Source of the DNA: Sedimentisphaerales bacterium
GTDB taxonomy: Bacteria > Planctomycetota > Phycisphaerae > Sedimentisphaerales > SM23-30
Direction: 5' to 3'
Length of the DNA stretch: 64,000 nt
Assembly: GCA_963663965.2 (NCBI GenBank)
Contig: CAXXFK010000028.1
Coordinates: 544,001 to 608,000, forward strand
Made by a program: the position numbers and the translations under genes. The notes under the pieces were generated by a model. The model worked only from the letters and a program-made list of their open reading frames with translations. It was not told where the DNA came from and ran no database searches. This document shows positions 10,442 to 19,873 of this stretch, piece after piece. Position 1 is the first letter of the stretch; each line of letters starts with the position of its first letter.

Positions 10442-11752
10442 GTGTCTACCTTCGAATACGCGCCCGCCAAACAGCCCTCCGAACGAACCTTCTATTTCTG
10501 CCATACCGACCATCTGGGCTCCTCATCCATTATGAGCGACCGCGCCGGCGCCCTTGTCAATCAATATGGCTACCGGCCCTTCGGCGCCGATTGCTCACCG
10601 GCCTTCTCCGGCCTGACCCTCTCGCAACGCTTCACCGGCCAGAGTTACGATGAAGCCATCGGGCTCTACTACTATCAATCCCGCTATTACGATCCGGCCA
10701 TCGCCCGATTCATCCAGCCTGATACGATTTTACCCTCCTTCGGTTCTCAGGGCATTAACCGCTACAGCTATTGCTACAACAATCCGCTTAAATATACCGA
10801 TCCGAGCGGCCATGGTCCGGAATATGATCAAGCGGTTTCGAATAGTAGTCAGATGTTAAAAATCTATGGCGAAATGATTACAGATTCCGATGCAGGAATT
10901 CAGGCGAATATTGGTGCTTTTTTCCTTTCGATGTATCATGCTGTTACAATGGGGTTTGGTGGCGCAGCTCCTGCCATCCATGAAGGAATGGAAGGCGCCC
11001 GCGAACAGGCTGGTCAAGACTTTACTGGACCCGCTGGTTACGCAGTTCAGGGACTGTTATATGCTGGCGAAGGGTATGCTCGAACGATGGCTTGGGGTAG
11101 CGAAAAGTCTTTAGAAGCAGCCGTATTAGGTGGTCCGATTTCCGGTTTGTCTAAGGTCAGGTATGTAGGTACTGGATTGCAAGTTATTGGTGCAGGTGCA
11201 ACTACAGTTTATACCGGCCATAATATCTATAACCTTTCGACAGATCCAGATTATTGGACGATTGAGAATGTTCTCGATACTGGACTTTCTGGTGCAGGTT
11301 TATTATATTATGGCGATAAATTTGACAAATTTTTAATGAAAAAAGTCATCATTCCGTATAGAAAGGATTTGGCCACTACTTTTATGCGCGATGAGTTGAT
11401 GATACCAGAGGATATGATAGGGGGGTATATGGATGGAATTGACTTTAATCAGAAAGTCAGGATGGTAGAATTTGTAGGAGACGAACTTTTGGTGCAGTAT
11501 GTCAAAGAGTACGGTTTAGGCAGAGTAGGACGATTTTTTGCCTATCCAGGGACTTCACCAGACGAACTTGGAATAGCGCCTTATTTCCGCCGCATTCGTC
11601 AATTTAATCCTACACCCGGCACTAGAGCGTTGCAATCAACCGCCGCCCCGATAATTGATAAATGGTCTGTAAGGCCTTTTGAGTTTTCAACTCAAGGTGG
11701 CGGCACACAGATTATGAGTAATCCCAATTATTTCGAAATCATTCAGAACTAA
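10442..11752 (+). CDS. Orphan Rhs core fragment with C-terminal polymorphic toxin domain (Ntox46-like)
   Basis: HTDHLGS, RFTGQ..D..GLYYYQSRYYDP..RFIQPD and NRYSYCYNNPLKYTDPSG motifs; C-terminal QSTAAPIIDKWS...GGGTQ resembles the Ntox46 STxxPxxDxxS motif; no clear RBS. Confidence 0.8.
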   Translation: MSTFEYAPAKQPSERTFYFCHTDHLGSSSIMSDRAGALVNQYGYRPFGADCSPAFSGLTLSQRFTGQSYDEAIGLYYYQSRYYDPAIARFIQPDTILPSFGSQGINRYSYCYNNPLKYTDPSGHGPEYDQAVSNSSQMLKIYGEMITDSDAGIQANIGAFFLSMYHAVTMGFGGAAPAIHEGMEGAREQAGQDFTGPAGYAVQGLLYAGEGYARTMAWGSEKSLEAAVLGGPISGLSKVRYVGTGLQVIGAGATTVYTGHNIYNLSTDPDYWTIENVLDTGLSGAGLLYYGDKFDKFLMKKVIIPYRKDLATTFMRDELMIPEDMIGGYMDGIDFNQKVRMVEFVGDELLVQYVKEYGLGRVGRFFAYPGTSPDELGIAPYFRRIRQFNPTPGTRALQSTAAPIIDKWSVRPFEFSTQGGGTQIMSNPNYFEIIQN

Positions 11753-11764
11753 AAGGCTTGCGTT

Positions 11765-12100
11765 ATGGAACGAATCGAAATACTTAAAAATGCCCTTGCA
11801 GTATGGAATGAGTATGTTTCTTGCAGTCCAAAATTTTATCCATGGATTTCTAGAGATATATCATTCTTGATTGAAGTGGAACAAAGGCGTCTTAACGGTG
11901 AAAAGTCTTTGCAAAATGAAGAGGATGTGGAAAATTTGCTTGATTTAACTGGCCGTTCAAATCGACTCGGTCCATTTTCCGGAATAGCCGTTCATGATAT
12001 ATCAGATAATAATGTGTGTAGTTGTTTGATTGCTGTCCAGAATATCGTTCGAGAGATGGCGACTGATTTTAATCTAAACTATAATATTTTAGATGAATAA
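11765..12100 (+). CDS. Putative immunity protein for the upstream Rhs toxin
   Basis: Small low-GC ORF starting 12 bp after the toxin stop; call is positional only. Confidence 0.6.
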   Translation: MERIEILKNALAVWNEYVSCSPKFYPWISRDISFLIEVEQRRLNGEKSLQNEEDVENLLDLTGRSNRLGPFSGIAVHDISDNNVCSCLIAVQNIVREMATDFNLNYNILDE

Positions 12101-12133
12101 AAACTCAAGTTCCGTAGCCCGGGCATTTCTCGT

Positions 12134-12206
12134 CGTAGGATGAGGCAAATCTGTGATTTGCCCATGCCGCAGGTTCGCTTTAGGAGAATCGAAGATCCGC
12201 CTCAGG
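12134..12206 (+). repeat. Right REP-like element, inverted relative to 10387-10435
   Basis: CGTAGGATGAGGCAAATCTGTGATTTGCCCATG at 12134-12166; TCGAAGATCCGCCTCAGG at 12189-12206 is the exact reverse complement of 10387-10404. Confidence 0.7.
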
Positions 12207-12316
12207 AGGGCTGTTGATTATTGGCGTTTGTGCTGTGAATATGAAGGATGAGCAAGAAAGCATATTTGATTATTGCGGACTTGTTGAAAATTAAAAGGGT
12301 CAGGAACCTTTTTAGG

Positions 12317-12345
12317 TTGACATTACGCTGATATTGCGCCAGAAT
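12317..12345 (+). promoter_or_regulatory. Putative sigma70 promoter of the RAYT gene
   Basis: TTGACA, 17 bp spacer, CAGAAT, about 10 nt before ATG 12355. Confidence 0.5.
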
Positions 12346-12354
12346 AGGCGGATC

Positions 12355-13041
12355 ATGCCACGCTCTAAACGAAAAAGTTATGGCGGTTATCTTTACCATG
12401 TGCTCAACCGGGCAAATGGTCGGCTGCGTATATTTCGCAAGGCCGCCGATTTTGCGGCGTTTGAGGCCATCCTTGGCCAGGGCCAGGAGCGGACGGGAAT
12501 GCGGATCTGCGGGTATTGCCTGATGGGCAATCACTGGCATCTGCTGTTGTGGCCGCGGCATGACGGCGAGTTGTCGGAATATATGCGATGGGTGACGGTC
12601 ACGCACACGCAGCGGTATCACGCCGCCCGCCGCAGCGCCGGTACGGGCCATATTTATCAGGGGCGATTCAAGAGCTTTCCCATTCAGGGTCAGATTTATT
12701 ATGTGACGGCGCTGCGATATGTCGAAGCCAACCCCTTGCGGGCCGGACTGGTGACGGATGCGGCGGATTGGCCCTGGAGCAGCTATGGCCAGCATGTGGG
12801 CTGCGCCGGCCGGGATACGCCGATTACCCTGAGCGAGTATAGCACGCCGCTGCCGGAAAACTGGGATCAACTGGTACATGCCAATCTAAGCGAGAAGGAT
12901 TGCGAGCGTTTTCAAAACGCGATCCGGCGGGGCTGTCCGCTGGGGGATACGGACTGGTCAGAAAAGATCGCCGCCCAATTCGAATTAGAGTCAACACTCC
13001 GGCCCAGAGGAAGACCGAAGATCGACTTAAAAGGTTCCTGA
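12355..13041 (+). CDS. REP-associated tyrosine transposase (RAYT, Y1/HUH family)
   Basis: YHVLNRAN, YCLMGNHWHLLL (HUH), GHIYQGRFKS, RYVEANPLRAGLV and WPWSS motifs; C-terminal RPRGRP. Confidence 0.9.
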   Translation: MPRSKRKSYGGYLYHVLNRANGRLRIFRKAADFAAFEAILGQGQERTGMRICGYCLMGNHWHLLLWPRHDGELSEYMRWVTVTHTQRYHAARRSAGTGHIYQGRFKSFPIQGQIYYVTALRYVEANPLRAGLVTDAADWPWSSYGQHVGCAGRDTPITLSEYSTPLPENWDQLVHANLSEKDCERFQNAIRRGCPLGDTDWSEKIAAQFELESTLRPRGRPKIDLKGS

Positions 13042-13139
13042 CCCCTTAAAATCCGACTATCTAGCATAAGTAGTAAATTAAGAAGAAGGAACTATACTTC
13101 ATAAGCATTATGCCTAAAAATAGGCATCAGGGACAATCT

Positions 13140-13380
13140 GAAGCTGGATTCGGTGGGGCTGGCGGCGGATGTGGGCGCGATATTTGTACCGGTAGCGCCC
13201 GGCGGCGTGACTCTGTTTGGCCGGACGGTGAAAGTTTCGGCTAGAACGCTGCGCTATGCCAATCTCGGGATAAAGACCGTTCGTTATGCCGACAATGCCG
13301 TCAATCTGGCCCAGGCCGGTATCGGGGTGGAAGCCTATATGGACGGAGGAGCGGGTGCGGCTGGCGGCCGGTTCGATTAA
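13140..13380 (+). pseudogene. Possible remnant of a second Rhs post-core/pre-toxin segment
   Basis: LDSVGLAADVGAIFVPVAPGG...ADNAVN resembles segments that follow Rhs cores; no RBS. Confidence 0.3.
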
Positions 13381-13388
13381 AATAGTGT

Positions 13389-13474
13389 CGTCCCTGCGGG
13401 ACTTGTTGGAATGGGGGGATTGGGGATCCCGCAGTTGAAACTGCGGGCTATGAACTTATGTCCCTGGCGGGACT
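13389..13474. repeat. REP-like triple-hairpin element
   Basis: GTCCCTGCGGGAC ... CCCGCAGTTGAAACTGCGGG ... GTCCCTGGCGGGAC. Confidence 0.65.
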
Positions 13475-13503
13475 TTTATTGAAACCAATACATTGATTTT
13501 TGC

Positions 13504-13707
13504 TTGAGAGTGGTGAATTGGGATATCAGAGCGGATTTTGATAAGGAGCGGCGGGCGATGGAGAAGATCTGGAAGAGCCGGGAGAAACAGATCGAGACGG
13601 TGCTGGGGAACCTGGGCGGGATTGAAGGGGCGCTGCAGGGGTATTTGGGTACGAAGGCGCTGGGTGAAGGTGGGATTGCGATATTGGAGGGGATGGGAGA
13701 GGAATGA
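13504..13707 (+). pseudogene. C-terminal fragment of a DUF2130-like coiled-coil protein
   Basis: DFDKERRAMEKIWKSREKQIETVL...GALQG resembles DUF2130 C-termini; N-terminus missing. Confidence 0.5.
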
Positions 13708-13725
13708 TCGGGAGGGTATGATAAC

Positions 13726-13751
13726 GGGCAATCACGGGGGATTGCCCCTAC
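13726..13751 (-). repeat. GTAG-type REP hairpin
   Basis: Minus strand GTAGGGGCAATCCCCCGTGATTGCCC. Confidence 0.6.
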
Positions 13752-13916
13752 AAAGGCTGGGCCGGCCGGTTATATTTCATTGTGAGTGGGGATAAAATCC
13801 ATTTTGTCGGGTAGTCTGGGATTTTATTGTCCAATTTCTGGTCGATAACAGAGTTATTAAGATAGATATAGTATAGAGGGGGGAAAGCGATTTCTTTTAA
13901 TTATATGGACTATCTT

Positions 13917-14156
13917 AGGGCGGTCAAGCCGCTAGCAAAGAAGAAATAGTTCACACAAAGACGCTAAGCCACAAAGATAAACAGCCGGTTTAACGCAAAG
14001 TCGCTGAGTCGCAAAGGGTGGGTAACCACCGGCAGCGTCAAAAGTTGACGTAAAGCGCTAAGCGATACAAGTTGTTGATTTGAAATAACCTATTGATACT
14101 GATGCGAAATAAACTAGCTAAGAACACAAAGAAATTATGGATTGTAGTACAAATAG
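13917..14156 (+). repeat. Dispersed ~240 bp element (AGGGCGGTCAAGCCGC ... GGATTGTAGTAC)
   Basis: Homologous copies start at 9370, 43945 and 61416. Confidence 0.7.
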
Positions 14157-14173
14157 CAAAGGTTTATGATCAA

Positions 14174-17100
14174 ATGAGAAAAACTGTGTTGGTGATCTGT
14201 TTAATGGGAAGTCTGATGATAAATGGCTTGTGGGGGGCCATTACTTATATTGACGCGGAACTGGGGAATACGACGGTTGATGGCGAGGCGCTGGCGGCGG
14301 GAGTCAATTATTCAACCAGTTATTCCACGCTGGAAGGGTTGTGGGGGTGGCGGACCAATCGGACGGATGTCAATGGCGGTGGGATCTGGGTAACGGATGG
14401 CGGGGCAGGCAGCGGGGAGGTGGATCGGGAAGAGACCGCGCCGCTGAAGATTGATATTACGCTGCCGGAAACAGGGGTTTATGATCTGTATGCGGTCATC
14501 ATGAATAATAACGGCGGCAGCGGGCATTGGGATGTCGGGGCGCGGATTGGCGAAACCGGATTTTTTACGACGTTTAACAAATATTCTGAGGAAATGACTC
14601 AGGCGGTGGCGTCGGATTTTGTGGGGAGCGTGAAAGTCTCGGGCAGTGGCGATGTGACCTTTAAGGTCAGGATTGGTCAATATACCGCCAGGGCCGCCAA
14701 TGAGAGTGTGAGCATCTATATTAATGGGCTGGATGGCTGGGATGGCCAGAGCGGGTTGGATCAGAGGACGCGTTTTGATGGGATTGGCTATGAAAAGGTG
14801 GCGGGCCTGATGCCCTGGGCGGTTAATGCGGGGCCGGTTGATGGTGATGAGAATGTGTTGGGAATCGATACGGTGTTGCGATGGCTGGCCGGGGAGGGGG
14901 CGTTGGGGCATAATGTTTATCTGGGGATGGATCGGGAGGCGGTGGCGTTTCGCAGTGACCTGGATGGGAGTCGAGAGGTTGATTGCGCGGATATGGCGAT
15001 GCTTGGGGTTGACTGGCAGAAAGAGGCGGGCGAGGTTATGGGAGGTGGGGCGGATATCGATGGATCGGGCGTGATCGATATGGGTGATCTGGCATGGGTG
15101 GCGGATGACTGGCTGGTGCGTGATGAAAGCAGTTTTGTGGGCGGTTTTTCCGCGGGAACGCCGGCGTATGATGCCGGGAAGCTTTTGCCGGATACAACCT
15201 ATTACTGGCGGATTGACGAGGTGGGTGAGCAGGCGGTTGCCAAGGGGGATGTCTGGGCATTCAAGACCTTCAAGGCGGATGGATTGACGGCCCGTATTTA
15301 TGACACGATCGATTTCAGCGAATTGAAGGTCACCCGGATCGATGGGCAGGTGAGTTTTGACTGGGGGGCGGGATCACCGGATCCTGCTGTGGGTGTGGAT
15401 ACCTTTTCCATTGCCTGGGAAGGCGGAATTATGGTACCGGAAAAAGGTGAGTATACGTTCTATGCCGGTTCCGATGATGGGACCCGCCTGTATGTGAATG
15501 ATATTCTGATTATTGACCAGTGGACCGATCATGGCTTGGTGGAAGCCAGTGGAGCGATCAAACTGCGGCCGGGAACGGTGTATCCTATCCGGCTGGAATA
15601 CTATGAGAATGCGGGATCGGCCGCGGTTTATCTGTTATGGTCGGGGCCGGGGATCAACAAACAGGTGATTCCCCGCGATTATCTTGCCTCATCGGTGACT
15701 GTGCCGCTGCCAGAGGATATCTGGGTGGTCGATCTGAACTCGATTCCAATGGAGATGCGGCTTTTGACGCTGACCCTGGAGGGACTGGTCGCCAAAGAGC
15801 AAGCGGCGATACTGGTGAAACAGGGAGGGCTGACTTCGTTGATCCGGGCGGATATGGAAGCGGAAGGGACGGTCTTTCATGATAATGCGTCGGTCTGGTG
15901 GCTGTTGAATAAATTCAGCGATTATATTGATGGACTGATTGTCTGCGGTTCGGATATGGCGAGTATTAACGCGGCGACTTCGCTGTGTGGACCGATGAAC
16001 GCGGTGGCCGTGGATGAGTCCATTTTAAGCCAGGTGCAGGGTCGGACGGGGTTGCCGGTACTGGCGGATATGAGAGGGATGGATGCCGCAACGGTTTATG
16101 GCAGCTATCAGGAACTGTTTGGGCATGAAATGGTTGTTGATGTGAACAAGGTGGATTTCCTGCGGGATATTGGCGTTACCCGTAATGCCATGACGTTCTA
16201 TCAAGTTGACTCGGCGACCCGGAAGCGAATTATTGGCGGATTGACCTCCCAGGGGATTGTGATGGGGTGGGGTAGTAACGCAGAGTATGGGTGGATAAAA
16301 GATCTCAGCCAGGTGAATGCCGGCGGGGTGCCGTCTGACTGGTCGAAAAATCTGTCGACGCTGTCGAAGCTTCCGGTGACTATTCCCAAGCCGCCGCGGA
16401 AGTATCCGGCTCCTGTGCAGGCGGGGGAACGCATTGTGGCCTTTTCCATGAGTGATGGGGATAATCTGCAGATTATGGCGGGGGATTATATTGTTAATGC
16501 CAAATATTTTGGGCATCCGGCGCGCGGGACCTTTCCTTTGTCGTGGGAATTTCCGCCGATGATGGGCGAGTTGATTCCCCGCGGGGTGCAATGTTACTAT
16601 AATGAGGCCAGCCGGGGTGAGAATCCTGATTGCTTTATTGCCGGGCCCAGTGGGGTTGGGTACGCGTTTCAACATTACTTGCCGAATCGCCGGGATTTTG
16701 CGACCCATACGGGGCAGGCGATGAAACGATGCGGGTTGACGGTGACGACCATGCTGAATGAAAATGATGTTTCGATGTCGAGCGCGTATGAATTGCTTGA
16801 CCGGCCGGAAGTTCTGGGTATTGTTTATAAGGATTGGGCTCCTTATAACCGTCGGCACGGCCAGATCTATTGGCACAATGGCAAGCCGTGTGTTTCCTAC
16901 AAATATTTGCTATGGGGTACTGACGCGGGAGATTCTGATAATCTGGGAGATTGGGAAACGGTATCAGCCGGTATTGCAGCCATGCCGGCGTCGCCGGCGA
17001 CGGACATGGGCAGTTACGCCCTGATTAACGCGCATGCCTGGTCGTTTGGGGAGGTTGGCGGGCCGATGCAGGCCATTATCAATACCATCGAGCTTTTACC

Positions 17101-17197
17101 GCCCAATACCCGGATTGTGACGGTGGAAGAACTGATTATTTTGTTGCGAAACAACTTTGGGGATCCTGTTGCGGAAGAGGAATATTTCGCGATGTAG
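14174..17197 (+). CDS. Secreted multidomain protein: dockerin-like repeats, PA14 domain and C-terminal GxGYxYP putative glycoside hydrolase domain
   Basis: Signal peptide; DLDGSREVDCAD/DIDGSGVIDMGDL; PA14 motifs SDDGTRLYVN and IRLEYYENAG; FSMSDGDN and GPSGVGYA motifs. Confidence 0.75.
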   Translation: MRKTVLVICLMGSLMINGLWGAITYIDAELGNTTVDGEALAAGVNYSTSYSTLEGLWGWRTNRTDVNGGGIWVTDGGAGSGEVDREETAPLKIDITLPETGVYDLYAVIMNNNGGSGHWDVGARIGETGFFTTFNKYSEEMTQAVASDFVGSVKVSGSGDVTFKVRIGQYTARAANESVSIYINGLDGWDGQSGLDQRTRFDGIGYEKVAGLMPWAVNAGPVDGDENVLGIDTVLRWLAGEGALGHNVYLGMDREAVAFRSDLDGSREVDCADMAMLGVDWQKEAGEVMGGGADIDGSGVIDMGDLAWVADDWLVRDESSFVGGFSAGTPAYDAGKLLPDTTYYWRIDEVGEQAVAKGDVWAFKTFKADGLTARIYDTIDFSELKVTRIDGQVSFDWGAGSPDPAVGVDTFSIAWEGGIMVPEKGEYTFYAGSDDGTRLYVNDILIIDQWTDHGLVEASGAIKLRPGTVYPIRLEYYENAGSAAVYLLWSGPGINKQVIPRDYLASSVTVPLPEDIWVVDLNSIPMEMRLLTLTLEGLVAKEQAAILVKQGGLTSLIRADMEAEGTVFHDNASVWWLLNKFSDYIDGLIVCGSDMASINAATSLCGPMNAVAVDESILSQVQGRTGLPVLADMRGMDAATVYGSYQELFGHEMVVDVNKVDFLRDIGVTRNAMTFYQVDSATRKRIIGGLTSQGIVMGWGSNAEYGWIKDLSQVNAGGVPSDWSKNLSTLSKLPVTIPKPPRKYPAPVQAGERIVAFSMSDGDNLQIMAGDYIVNAKYFGHPARGTFPLSWEFPPMMGELIPRGVQCYYNEASRGENPDCFIAGPSGVGYAFQHYLPNRRDFATHTGQAMKRCGLTVTTMLNENDVSMSSAYELLDRPEVLGIVYKDWAPYNRRHGQIYWHNGKPCVSYKYLLWGTDAGDSDNLGDWETVSAGIAAMPASPATDMGSYALINAHAWSFGEVGGPMQAIINTIELLPPNTRIVTVEELIILLRNNFGDPVAEEEYFAM

Positions 17198-17460
17198 GCA
17201 AAAAAAAGGATAGGGGAAAATTTATGTGGTAGACCCATGCGGGGCGGACTAAGCTCGAAAATCCGGCCTTATAGGGGATGATTGGGGGGATCAGTCATTT
17301 GATAAGAGGGGATGGCGTTTATTCGGCCTGGTAAACTCCATATAGAGGTGATTTTAATGCATGGGTTGTTAAGAATCAATTTTCCGGGGGGGTATCGTAC
17401 TTGGTGTTGAAGAAAGTGGTTAATTCCGTTAAAAACCATGAATTTAATTGAAAATATGTA

Positions 17461-17489
17461 TTGACTTAAAGCGTTTGTTTCACTAATAT
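17461..17489 (+). promoter_or_regulatory. Putative upstream sigma70 promoter
   Basis: TTGACT, 17 bp spacer, TAATAT. Confidence 0.45.
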
Positions 17490-17672
17490 ATCTTTTCTCA
17501 ACTGAAGCGAGCGGCTGAACACGAGTAGCTGCGTTAGTGTAAGTTACTGTCTTTTCTGCGGTTAACACACTCGTAGCGTTCTGAAAATGGAATTTCAGAT
17601 ACGGCCGGTTCGTATGCCTGTGCAAGATGCGTTCGGGCATTTAAAAATAATAATTAAATGTAAAATTTTCAG

Positions 17673-17700
17673 TTGACTATTATTACGAAAATGTTATCTT
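17673..17700 (+). promoter_or_regulatory. Putative S10 operon promoter
   Basis: TTGACT, 16 bp spacer, TATCTT with TG extension; AT-rich upstream; about 125 bp before rpsJ. Confidence 0.55.
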
Positions 17701-17825
17701 TACGATTCTGCTAAATTTAGCGGACAGTACTTTACAGTATTAATAGTCAAGGTCAGTTACCCGTAAAGAGCGGTCAATTGGCCTGTTTTATTTAAGTAAC
17801 CCGCACTCAGATTAGGAGCTTCTCA

Positions 17826-18134
17826 GTGGAAGCCGAAAAAATCAGAATCAGAATGGAAGCTTACGATCATGGCGCTCTGGACGCTTCGGCGAAGGAGATT
17901 GTCGATCAGGCGCGCCGGACCAACGCGCGAGTCAGTGGACCGATTCCGTTGCCCACCCGAATCGAGCGTTATACGGTATTACGATCTCCATTTATTGACA
18001 AGAAATCGCGTGAGCAGTTTGAAATGAGAACGCACAAGCGGATTATCGATATCATGGAAGCCAATCCGCGTACCATCGAAGCGTTGAATCGCCTGGTGGT
18101 TCCGGCCGGCGTATTTGTGAAGATTCGTGTGTAA
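17826..18134 (+). CDS. rpsJ: 30S ribosomal protein S10
   Basis: [18 protein letters not shown] and [14 protein letters not shown] motifs. Confidence 0.98.
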   Translation: MEAEKIRIRMEAYDHGALDASAKEIVDQARRTNARVSGPIPLPTRIERYTVLRSPFIDKKSREQFEMRTHKRIIDIMEANPRTIEALNRLVVPAGVFVKIRV

Positions 18135-18229
18135 AGAGTGAAGAAATCCAAGCCAATAAATCGAGACGAGTTATTGGCTTTTTTGATCCGATTTTAAGTA
18201 GACCGTTACCTTGAGAGGTAAACATTATC

Positions 18230-18865
18230 ATGGCAATGATATTAGGCAAAAAAATAGGCATGACGCAGATATATGACGAATCCGGAACACTGGTTTCGGT
18301 AACCGTCATTCAGGCCGGCCCCTGTACCGTCACGCAGGTCAAGACCCAGGAAACCGACCAGTATGACGCGGTCCAGATGGGTTATGACGACGTGAAAGCC
18401 AGCCGCCAGAAGAAACCGCAGGTTGGTCATGCACAAAAGGCAAACAGCACCCCCAAACGTTTTGTCCGGGAAGAGCGTCTGAGCGCCCCGGCGAGCGTGC
18501 AACCGGGCGATCAAATCGATGTCAGTTTGTTTGAAGAAGTCAAGTTTGTCGATGTAACCGGCATCAGCAAAGGCAAGGGTTTCCAGGGCGTCATGAAACG
18601 TCACGGATTCAAGGGGATGGACGCTTCTCACGGTTGCGAACGCAAACATCGTCATCCTGGAAGTATTGGTTCGAATGCCGCCGGTCGTGGTACCGCACGT
18701 TGCGTTAGAAAAGGCAAGCGGATGTCGGGCCATATGGGATCGGTGCGTTGCACCAGCAAGAAACACAAGGTAATGGGTATAGACAAAGACAATAACCTGC
18801 TGATCGTCAAGGGTTCGATCGTCGGATCCAATGACGGTTATGTCGTGGTTAAACAATCGAGATAA
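18230..18865 (+). CDS. rplC: 50S ribosomal protein L3
   Basis: LGKKIGMTQ and SKGKGFQGVMKRH motifs; operon order. Confidence 0.98.
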   Translation: MAMILGKKIGMTQIYDESGTLVSVTVIQAGPCTVTQVKTQETDQYDAVQMGYDDVKASRQKKPQVGHAQKANSTPKRFVREERLSAPASVQPGDQIDVSLFEEVKFVDVTGISKGKGFQGVMKRHGFKGMDASHGCERKHRHPGSIGSNAAGRGTARCVRKGKRMSGHMGSVRCTSKKHKVMGIDKDNNLLIVKGSIVGSNDGYVVVKQSR

Positions 18866-18888
18866 AAGTAAAAGAAGTGAGCCTTAAT

Positions 18889-19521
18889 ATGATCAGCTTA
18901 CCAGTATATAATAAAGACGGCCAGGAAATCGATCAGATCCAGATTGATGAAGCCGTTCTGGGCAGTTGGGTTCGGCCGGCGCTGTTGAAGCAGGCCGTTG
19001 TCATGTACCATGCCAACAAGCGTCAGGGAACGGTTGCGACCAAGAGCCGCGGCATGGTGGCCGGATCGACCCGTAAGTTATACAAGCAAAAAGGCACCGG
19101 CCGGGCGCGTGCCGGTATGATCCGCACCCCGGTCCGCAAAGGCGGCGGTGTGGCGTTTGCCAAGACCCCGCGCGATTTCAGCCAGCGGATGCCCAAGAAA
19201 CAAAGACGTCTGGCGCGAAATTCAGCGATACTGGCCAAGATGAAGGCTTCGAACGCGCTGGTGATTGACGTGCTGGAATTCGGCGCTCCCAGAACCAAAG
19301 AGTTCGCCACCATTCTGAAGAATCTGAAGATTGATCGCAGTTGCCTGGTGACGACCGATCAGTATGATGTGAATGTATATAAATCGATCCGCAACATTCC
19401 GCGAGTTACCTTGTTGGAAGTGGATCAGTTGAACGCGGGCGATATCTGCAACAGAAAAAAAATATTATTTACCCGTAAAGCATTGGAAGCGATCATCGCT
19501 CCGGTAAGCGTGGAAGCCTAA
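18889..19521 (+). CDS. rplD: 50S ribosomal protein L4
   Basis: RQGTVATKSR and KQKGTGRARAG motifs. Confidence 0.97.
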   Translation: MISLPVYNKDGQEIDQIQIDEAVLGSWVRPALLKQAVVMYHANKRQGTVATKSRGMVAGSTRKLYKQKGTGRARAGMIRTPVRKGGGVAFAKTPRDFSQRMPKKQRRLARNSAILAKMKASNALVIDVLEFGAPRTKEFATILKNLKIDRSCLVTTDQYDVNVYKSIRNIPRVTLLEVDQLNAGDICNRKKILFTRKALEAIIAPVSVEA

Positions 19522-19556
19522 CCCCATAGCCGGAAGGCATCGCCAGAGGTATAACC

Positions 19557-19835
19557 GTGGATAAATATGAAGTAATAATAAAACCGTTGATCACAGAAAA
19601 GGCGACTTACCTGGCACAGGATCGGAATGCCTATTGTTTTCAGGTAAATACCAAAGCCAATAAGATGGAGATCAAACAGGCTGTCGAGAAGATCTATAGC
19701 GTGAAGGTGACCGATGTGCGGACCTCCAATCGCAAAGGGAAATCCCGGCGTCGCGGTTACAAGATGACCAAGACGTCCGATTGGAAAAAGGCCATCGTTG
19801 TTTTGCAGGAAGATCACGCCATTGACTTGTTCTAG
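19557..19835 (+). CDS. rplW: 50S ribosomal protein L23
   Basis: PLITEKA, ANKMEIKQAVE and WKKAIV motifs. Confidence 0.97.
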   Translation: MDKYEVIIKPLITEKATYLAQDRNAYCFQVNTKANKMEIKQAVEKIYSVKVTDVRTSNRKGKSRRRGYKMTKTSDWKKAIVVLQEDHAIDLF

Positions 19836-19873
19836 ATCGTATAAGGGCAGCCCGAACTAACAGGATTTGATAT

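Larger units (their letters stand above)
12291..13050 (+). mobile_element. RAYT/IS200-like element bounded by inverted repeats
   Basis: AAGGGTCAGGAACCTTTT near 12295-12312 and AAAAGGTTCCTGACCCCTT near 13029-13047 flank the transposase. Confidence 0.75.
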
